DNA of 64,000 nucleotides from Vallitalea sp. Its GTDB lineage: Bacteria > Bacillota > Clostridia > Lachnospirales > Vallitaleaceae. The stretch lies in contig NZ_JAOARO010000068.1 in the NCBI RefSeq assembly GCF_025211055.1, forward strand, positions 3,095-67,094. Direction: 5' to 3'. Each line of letters starts with the position of its first letter. Position 1 is the stretch's first letter. The notes under the pieces were generated by a model, which saw nothing but the letters and a program-made list of their open reading frames with translations, did not search any database and had not been told where the DNA came from. The translations under genes and the position numbers were made by a program. Below, piece after piece: positions 57,945 to 64,000 of this stretch.

Positions 57945-58199
57945 AAAACGTTGAAGAGGAAAAGTAAATTATGTCCACCTATGCAGAGAGAGAAGCCATT
58001 AGCTGGAAAGTTTCTTATAGACCATGATTGAAGGACACCTTAGAGTGATTCGTTGAACGCTAACACTAGTAAGCGAGTTCGGTTCATCACCGTTAACAGA
58101 TTAGAGTGGAAGCAAGTGCTTCTATTAGGGTGGTACCGCGGAATGAATATGATTATATACATCTCGTCCCTGACTATTAAGTCAGTGACGAGATTTTTT
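57945..58199 (+). promoter_or_regulatory. T-box riboswitch leader of hisS-aspS (overlapping GAC/CAC specifier)
   Basis: Stem I (GTTGAAGAGG..AGTA, AGAGAGAGAAG, GCTGGAAAG). Specifier region GAAGGACACC (58030-58039). Consensus T-box ATTAGGGTGGTACCGCGG (58124-58141). Terminator 58161-58193 plus T6. Candidate promoter TTGACA 57884 / TAAACT 57907. Confidence 0.85.
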
Positions 58200-58240
58200 A
58201 ATTATATGGATTATTAATAAACGAATAGGAGTGAATAAAT

Positions 58241-59512
58241 ATGTTGACAAATGCACCAAGAGGAACGAAAGATATATACGGTAGTTATATGAATACTTGG
58301 AAAAAACTTGAAGACACAGTAAATGAAATATGCACTAATTTTGGTTTTAATGAAATCAGGACTCCTATTTTTGAACATACAGAACTTTTCCAAAGAGGCG
58401 TAGGAGAAACTACGGATATTGTTCAAAAAGAGATGTATAGTTTTACTGATAAAGGTGATAGAAATATTACCCTTAAGCCAGAAGGAACAGCTGGTGTGGT
58501 TAGAGCTTATCTAGAAAGAAAAATGTATGCTGATGTACAACCTACAAAATTATTTTATATAACACCTGCTTTTAGATACGAAAGACCTCAAGCAGGTAGA
58601 TATCGTCAGTTCCACCAGTTTGGAGTAGAGCTTTTTGGCTCTGATAAGCCATCAGCTGATGCAGAAGTTATTGCTCTTGCAGCTAATATGTTAAAGAATC
58701 TAGGGATTACCAATGTAGAACTTCATATCAACAGTCTAGGTGGTCCTGAATGCAGGAAGAAATATAATAATACATTAAAAGAATTCCTAAGTAAAAACAT
58801 AGATTCATTATGTCCTACTTGTTTGGAAAGGTATGAAAAGAATCCATTAAGAATTCTAGACTGCAAAAATGAAAAATGTAGGGAAGTATTAAAAGATGCA
58901 CCTCTAGCAAAAGATGAATTAGATACTGAATGTAAGGAGCACTTTGAAGAACTACTCAGATTATTAGATGCTATGGAAATTGAATATACAGTTGATCCTT
59001 GGATTGTTAGAGGATTGGATTATTATACTAGAACAGTATTCGAGTTCATATCTAAGGATATTGGTGCTCAAGGAACTGTATGCGGTGGTGGAAGATACGA
59101 TAAATTAATTGAAGAATGTGGTGGTTCACCTACTCCAGCAGTTGGATTCGGCGCTGGTATAGAAAGACTGATTATGACTATGGAAGCTATTAATGGGTCT
59201 AACCAAGATAAACCTACTCGTGATATCTATTTAGGATATGTAGGAGAAAATGCTAAGAAAACAACATTTGCAATTGTTAATGAATTAAGAAAAAACAATA
59301 TATCTGTAGAGACAGACTTAATGTCAAGAAGTGTAAAAGCACAAATGAAATATGCTAATAAAATTGGAGCCAGATATTCAGCTATAATTGGTGATAATGA
59401 ATTAGAAGAAAACTCAGTAAGAATTAAAAATATGGAAACAAGAGAACAGATAGATCTAAATATTGAAGAAATAGTTAAATATATGAAAGAGAACAAAAAT
59501 TTTTTAGACTAG
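58241..59512 (+). CDS. hisS: histidine--tRNA ligase
   Basis: Class II motifs: PRGTKD N-terminus, YERPQAGRYRQFHQ, GGGRYD. C-terminal anticodon-binding domain. Confidence 0.95.
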   Translation: MLTNAPRGTKDIYGSYMNTWKKLEDTVNEICTNFGFNEIRTPIFEHTELFQRGVGETTDIVQKEMYSFTDKGDRNITLKPEGTAGVVRAYLERKMYADVQPTKLFYITPAFRYERPQAGRYRQFHQFGVELFGSDKPSADAEVIALAANMLKNLGITNVELHINSLGGPECRKKYNNTLKEFLSKNIDSLCPTCLERYEKNPLRILDCKNEKCREVLKDAPLAKDELDTECKEHFEELLRLLDAMEIEYTVDPWIVRGLDYYTRTVFEFISKDIGAQGTVCGGGRYDKLIEECGGSPTPAVGFGAGIERLIMTMEAINGSNQDKPTRDIYLGYVGENAKKTTFAIVNELRKNNISVETDLMSRSVKAQMKYANKIGARYSAIIGDNELEENSVRIKNMETREQIDLNIEEIVKYMKENKNFLD

Positions 59513-59523
59513 GAGGTAACAAA

Positions 59524-61317
59524 ATGAGTGAATCAATGCAAGGATTGAAACGAACGAATAAATGTACAGAGGTAAGTGCTAAAAATATTGATGATAAAGT
59601 AACTGTAATGGGATGGGTTCAAAAAAGAAGAGACTTGGGTGGTGTTATTTTTATCGACCTTAGAGATAGAACAGGATTGCTTCAAGTAGTTTTTGATGCT
59701 AGTAGTATCGGTGATGAAGGATTTGCAAAAGCTGAAAAGCTTAGAAGCGAATTTGTAATTGCTGTTGAAGGTATTATTGAGAGTAGATCTGATGAAACAA
59801 TTAATCCTAACCTAAAAACTGGTGAGATTGAAGTTAGGGCTCATTCACTTAGAATATTATCAGAGGCAGAGACACCACCTTTCCAAATTGAAGAAAACAG
59901 TAATGTAAAAGAGGACTTAAGATTAAAATATCGTTACTTGGACCTTAGAAGACCTGATTTACAAAGAAATCTTATAATGAGACATAAAGTTGCCATGATT
60001 ACAAGAGAATTTTTAAGTAATGAAGAGTTTCTTGAAATAGAAACACCAATGCTAACTAAAAGTACCCCTGAAGGAGCTAGAGATTATCTCGTACCAAGTA
60101 GAGTTCATCAAGGTAACTTCTATGCATTGCCTCAATCACCACAGATTTTCAAACAATTATTGATGTTATCAGGATATGATAGATATTTCCAAATCGCTAA
60201 GTGTTTTAGAGATGAAGATCTTAGAGCAGATAGACAACCAGAATTTACTCAAATAGATATGGAATTATCATTTGTTGACCAAGAAAAAGTAATTGATGTA
60301 AATGAGAGACTTATGCAGAAGTTATTTAAGGAAGTACTTAACTTTGATATTGAAATTCCAATGCAAAGATTGACTTATAAAGAAGCTATGGATAGATTTG
60401 GTTCTGATAAACCAGACCTTAGATTCGGTATTGAACTAGTTGATTTATCTGATATAGTGAAGGATTGTGGATTCAAAGTATTCTCTGGTACTGTTGCAAG
60501 CGGTGGAAGTGTTAGAGGTATTAACGCAGAAGGATTAGGTAATCTTCCAAGAAGACAAATTGATGCATTAGGTGAATTAGCTAAGACATACGGTGCAAAA
60601 GGAATGGCATGGATTGTTATTAATGAAGATGGAACTTACAAATCAGCTATAACAAAATTCTTAACAGATGAAGAAGTAGAAAACATGGTAAAAGCTATGA
60701 ATGGTAAACCAGGAGACTTATTACTTTTCTGTGCTGATTCTAATGATGTAGTATATAGTACACTTGGAAACTTGAGACTTGAAATTGGTAGAAGACTTGA
60801 GCTTCTTGATGACTCAGTATATAAATTCGCTTGGGTTACAGAGTTCCCATTACTTGAATGGAACAAAGAGCATAAGAGATATACAGCTATGCACCATCCA
60901 TTTACAATGCCTATGGAAGAAGATCTACAGTATCTAGAATCTGATCCCGGTAGAGTTAGAGCAATTGCATATGATATGGTTCTTAACGGATGTGAGCTTG
61001 GTGGAGGTAGTATAAGAATTCACCAAAGAGATATCCAAGAGAAGATGTTTGCAGCACTTGGATTCAGTAAAGAAGATGCCTATGACAGATTTGGTTTCTT
61101 ATTGAATGCATTCAAATACGGTGTACCACCACATGGTGGATTAGCTTTTGGACTAGATAGAATTGTAATGCTAATGACAAAATCTGATAGTATAAGAGAC
61201 GTAATAGCTTTTCCAAAAGTAAAAGACGCATCTTGTCCAATGACAGAAGCTCCAGGTACTGTTGATGATAAACAGTTAAATGAATTAGGACTAAAGATTG
61301 ATACTATTGAAATTTAA
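59524..61317 (+). CDS. aspS: aspartate--tRNA ligase
   Basis: OB-fold N-terminus, FYALPQSPQ, FRDEDLRADRQPEFTQ, GGGSIRIH, GLDRIVM. Bacterial-type insertion domain. Confidence 0.95.
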   Translation: MSESMQGLKRTNKCTEVSAKNIDDKVTVMGWVQKRRDLGGVIFIDLRDRTGLLQVVFDASSIGDEGFAKAEKLRSEFVIAVEGIIESRSDETINPNLKTGEIEVRAHSLRILSEAETPPFQIEENSNVKEDLRLKYRYLDLRRPDLQRNLIMRHKVAMITREFLSNEEFLEIETPMLTKSTPEGARDYLVPSRVHQGNFYALPQSPQIFKQLLMLSGYDRYFQIAKCFRDEDLRADRQPEFTQIDMELSFVDQEKVIDVNERLMQKLFKEVLNFDIEIPMQRLTYKEAMDRFGSDKPDLRFGIELVDLSDIVKDCGFKVFSGTVASGGSVRGINAEGLGNLPRRQIDALGELAKTYGAKGMAWIVINEDGTYKSAITKFLTDEEVENMVKAMNGKPGDLLLFCADSNDVVYSTLGNLRLEIGRRLELLDDSVYKFAWVTEFPLLEWNKEHKRYTAMHHPFTMPMEEDLQYLESDPGRVRAIAYDMVLNGCELGGGSIRIHQRDIQEKMFAALGFSKEDAYDRFGFLLNAFKYGVPPHGGLAFGLDRIVMLMTKSDSIRDVIAFPKVKDASCPMTEAPGTVDDKQLNELGLKIDTIEI

Positions 61318-61577
61318 TAAAATATGAAGAACATTAAAAGGGATTGCCATAGATATTAGCACTAAAAGAAATTTTAACTAAAATATAATATATAAAAAAT
61401 AAATAATATACACAATGCAAAAAAATCCATAGACTTATAGTAAACATTTTGATACTATAAAGGAAATGGATTTTTATTTACTTTGATTTTTATAAGTTGA
61501 ATGGAACTTAATAATTGCTGACTCTATAGCTATTATTTAATTAAACTTATATAGATAACATTAAGAGAGGTGAAAAT

Positions 61578-62009
61578 ATGGCAGAAACAGGCATTGTTAT
61601 AAAAGAAACAGGAAAATATGTAACAGTAAAACTTGAAAGAAGAGAAGCATGTGCTAAGTGTAGAGCATGTACAGCAGGTTTTGAGACAAAGGATATGATT
61701 ATTGAGGCTGAAAATATTTGTGATGCAAAAGAAGGAGATGAAGTAGAAATATCCTTAGAACAAAGTAATTTTCTAAAAGCTGTGTTAATCATGTATACTG
61801 TTCCATTAATATTTTTATTTGTTGGTTTAGGAGTGGGTTACTTAATATCTTATGCACTTCATTTACAGAGTGTAGAGATAATAGCTGTTATATTTGGTTT
61901 TGTTCTTTTAGCAATTTCATATTTGATTATCAGATCAAATGAAGATAAATGGAGAGATAAGAAATTTAGGCCAGTAGCTAATAATATTGTTAGAACCAAG
62001 GAAATATAA
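61578..62009 (+). CDS. RseC/MucC-family (SoxR-reducing system RseC-like) membrane protein
   Basis: N-terminal Cys motif ACAKCRACTAGF after a beta-rich segment (GIVIKETGKYVTVKLER), then two TM helices. Confidence 0.7.
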   Translation: MAETGIVIKETGKYVTVKLERREACAKCRACTAGFETKDMIIEAENICDAKEGDEVEISLEQSNFLKAVLIMYTVPLIFLFVGLGVGYLISYALHLQSVEIIAVIFGFVLLAISYLIIRSNEDKWRDKKFRPVANNIVRTKEI

Positions 62010-62129
62010 TTGGCTCAACTTTCCCACCTTTAATTTAATACAGGTAAATTAAGGGTTATAGGTTTGGTTTGCAGAATAAAAAGATAGAAGAAACACCTAA
62101 TATTAATGTAGAAACTAGGAGGTTATATC

Positions 62130-63020
62130 ATGAAATTCGATATTGCCAAAGCATCAAAAAAATTATCTCAATTAGACTTGAAGTTTTCTAAGGGTTCTTT
62201 TGACATTGAGATGTTTTGGTTTAGAGTTATGACCGTTGAAGGTCAATGGAATATTGCTAGACATACTCATTCTGCTTATGAATTTCATTTTGTTGCAGAT
62301 GGTATGTCAATAGTAAAAATGGATACACATGAATTTAAAATAGGTAAAGGTGAATTTTATATAACTAAACCTGGTGAGTACCATGAACAGACTAACATTG
62401 ATGGTAACAAATATGTAGAATACTGTATGAATTGTCATGTTTCATTAAATAATGAAAACAATATAGAAGATTTAATAATATACAAATTCATTAATGATAA
62501 TAAGTGTAAAGCATATAATGACTATAACGGTATCATTAATTTATTCGAAAAAGTACTATCTTGTGCATATTATGAGAAGATAGGTTACTATAATCAAATA
62601 CAACTTTATATTCTTCTGATTATAATATCATCAGTTCAAGTGATAAGTAGGAATAAAGAGTATAATTATGAAGTTCCTGTTAAACACAAAAAAGATGATT
62701 ATCGATTTACTCAAGTAACACAATATATATTTGACAACATTGGTAGTAAGGTAAGTGGAAAAGATATAGCTGATTATATGTATCTAAGTGAAAAACAAAT
62801 AAATAGAATAATAAAAAAGAAAACAGATTTGTCTACTAAACAATATATTAACAAAATAAAACTGAAAAAGGCTAAGGATTTACTTAAGAATACTGATTTA
62901 CTTGTAAAAGAGATTTCAGAGCAATTAGGTTTTTCCAGTGAATATTATTTCAGCCAGTTTTTTAAAAGAGAAGAAGGGTATCCTCCTGGAATATTTAGGA
63001 TAAATATAATCAATTTTTGA
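62130..63020 (+). CDS. AraC-family transcriptional regulator (cupin sensor + HTH_18)
   Basis: N-terminal cupin-like HTHSAYEFHFV. C-terminal AraC HTH (LVKEISEQLGFSSEYYFSQFFKREEGYPPGIFR). Confidence 0.85.
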   Translation: MKFDIAKASKKLSQLDLKFSKGSFDIEMFWFRVMTVEGQWNIARHTHSAYEFHFVADGMSIVKMDTHEFKIGKGEFYITKPGEYHEQTNIDGNKYVEYCMNCHVSLNNENNIEDLIIYKFINDNKCKAYNDYNGIINLFEKVLSCAYYEKIGYYNQIQLYILLIIISSVQVISRNKEYNYEVPVKHKKDDYRFTQVTQYIFDNIGSKVSGKDIADYMYLSEKQINRIIKKKTDLSTKQYINKIKLKKAKDLLKNTDLLVKEISEQLGFSSEYYFSQFFKREEGYPPGIFRINIINF

Positions 63021-63195
63021 GTTTAATACAAGGTATCAATATTCAATTTCAAAATGTCCCAAAATATTAAATAATAGTCTAATATAAATATTTTATTCAT
63101 AGCATTCTCCAAATATAATAAAGGCATATATAAGTGTCTTTTTTATATTGGAGATTTTTTTATTTACTAATTAACTATTAAGAGGAGGTCACAAG

Positions 63196-64000
63196 ATGTT
63201 TTTTGAGATTGAAAGAATAGGTAAATTGTTAGAAGAACTCAAGGAATTGAGATATGTGAAAAAATATACCTTTGAAAATATTCAGATGAAAGAAGGCTTC
63301 TATAAGGAAAGATGTGAAGCAGATGAATCTGCTAACCTATGGAAAGCATTTAATAAAGATGATAGATGGGGTGGCAAAGATAAATATGCTTGGTTTAGAG
63401 GAGAATTTGAGGTAACAGAAGAATATGCAAACAAGAAACTAGTTTTCCAAGTACTTACAGGTAAAGAAGGTGGATGGGATGCTAATAACCCACAATTCAT
63501 TATCTTTGTTAATGGTAAATTAGTACAGGGACTTGATATAAATCATACTGAAATAGTTTTAACTAATCAGGCTGTTGCAGGTGAAAAATTCGTTATTGAT
63601 CTTCAAGCATATAGTGGAACAATTGATAGCTTATCAGAATGTAGAAATGTAGTTAGTATATTTGATGATACTGTGGAAAAATTATACTATGATATATATG
63701 TACCACTAGAAGTTATAAAATTACTTCCTAAGGAAAACAAAGATAGAATAGATACAATAAAGTTTTTAACTAACGCAGTTAACAAAATTGATTTGAGAAA
63801 ACCATATAATAAAGAATTCTATACAAGTATAAATGACGCATTGGATTATCTTGAAGACAAATACTATCATGAATTCTGTGGAGATAAGAGTGTTGTTGTA
63901 AAATGTGTTGGACATACACACATTGATGTAGCGTGGTTATGGGATTTAGATCAAACGAGATTAAAGGTTCAAAGAAGTTTTTCAACAGTTCTAGAACTAA
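63196..64000 (+). CDS. GH38 alpha-mannosidase, 5' partial (runs off the window)
   Basis: ATG 63196 behind AGAGGAGG. DRWGGKDKYAWFRGEF and the GH38 metal-site signature VGHTHIDVAWLW at the window end. Not in the ORF track because no stop is reached. Confidence 0.8.
   Translation, partial: MFFEIERIGKLLEELKELRYVKKYTFENIQMKEGFYKERCEADESANLWKAFNKDDRWGGKDKYAWFRGEFEVTEEYANKKLVFQVLTGKEGGWDANNPQFIIFVNGKLVQGLDINHTEIVLTNQAVAGEKFVIDLQAYSGTIDSLSECRNVVSIFDDTVEKLYYDIYVPLEVIKLLPKENKDRIDTIKFLTNAVNKIDLRKPYNKEFYTSINDALDYLEDKYYHEFCGDKSVVVKCVGHTHIDVAWLWDLDQTRLKVQRSFSTVLEL

Noticed and set aside
1-64000. Searched by eye for CRISPR arrays, tRNA/rRNA genes, intact transposases/integrases, toxin-antitoxin pairs and known defence-system signatures.
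   Set aside because: I saw no regularly spaced direct repeats, no cloverleaf-type sequences in intergenic regions, and no ORFs with the corresponding catalytic motifs. Absence by eye is not proof; tRNAscan-SE, cmscan and a defence-system finder should confirm.

Overview
This is a visibly AT-rich window (roughly 30% GC by eye) from the chromosome of an endospore-forming Firmicute. The gene content fits class Clostridia: recN-spoIVB-spo0A, spoVB, the scfA/scfB SCIFF pair, hemZ, and heavy use of T-box leaders. There are two conserved housekeeping/sporulation blocks. The first is tlyA-nadK-argR-recN-spoIVB-spo0A at 0-6.6 kb. The second runs from 33.5 to 61.3 kb: tgt-yajC, scfA-scfB, secDF-recJ-apt-relA-dtd-MBL-hemZ, a T-box-controlled trpEGDCFBA operon, and T-box-controlled hisS-aspS. 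Between them lies a more variable stretch (6.6-33.5 kb). It contains a self-operated TetR gene and a yybP-ykoY (Mn2+)-type riboswitch in front of a radical SAM enzyme plus a TVP38/VTT membrane protein. It also holds two c-di-GMP enzymes, orphan secreted proteins, an amidase, an SCP2-like/Fe-ADH pair, metA, and an orphan T-box leader that runs into about 2.5 kb of decayed gene fragments. The remainder is spoVB, lspA, orphan genes, a GntR(YtrA)-CPBP protease pair, a znuABC/zur zinc locus with a 37-bp perfect palindromic operator, and aroC. The window ends with an RseC-like protein, an AraC regulator and the 5' part of a GH38 alpha-mannosidase. I found no rRNA, tRNA, CRISPR array, intact transposase/integrase or recognisable defence system. 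The items most worth follow-up are: the Mn-riboswitch/radical SAM/TVP38 module; the orphan (probably Val) T-box; a second T-box-style antiterminator/terminator without a Stem I in the trp leader; the overlapping GAC/CAC specifier of the hisS-aspS T-box; and the scfA small ORF (46 aa), which falls below the ORF track's length cut-off. All calls rest on reading motifs and base-pairing by eye; no database search was possible.
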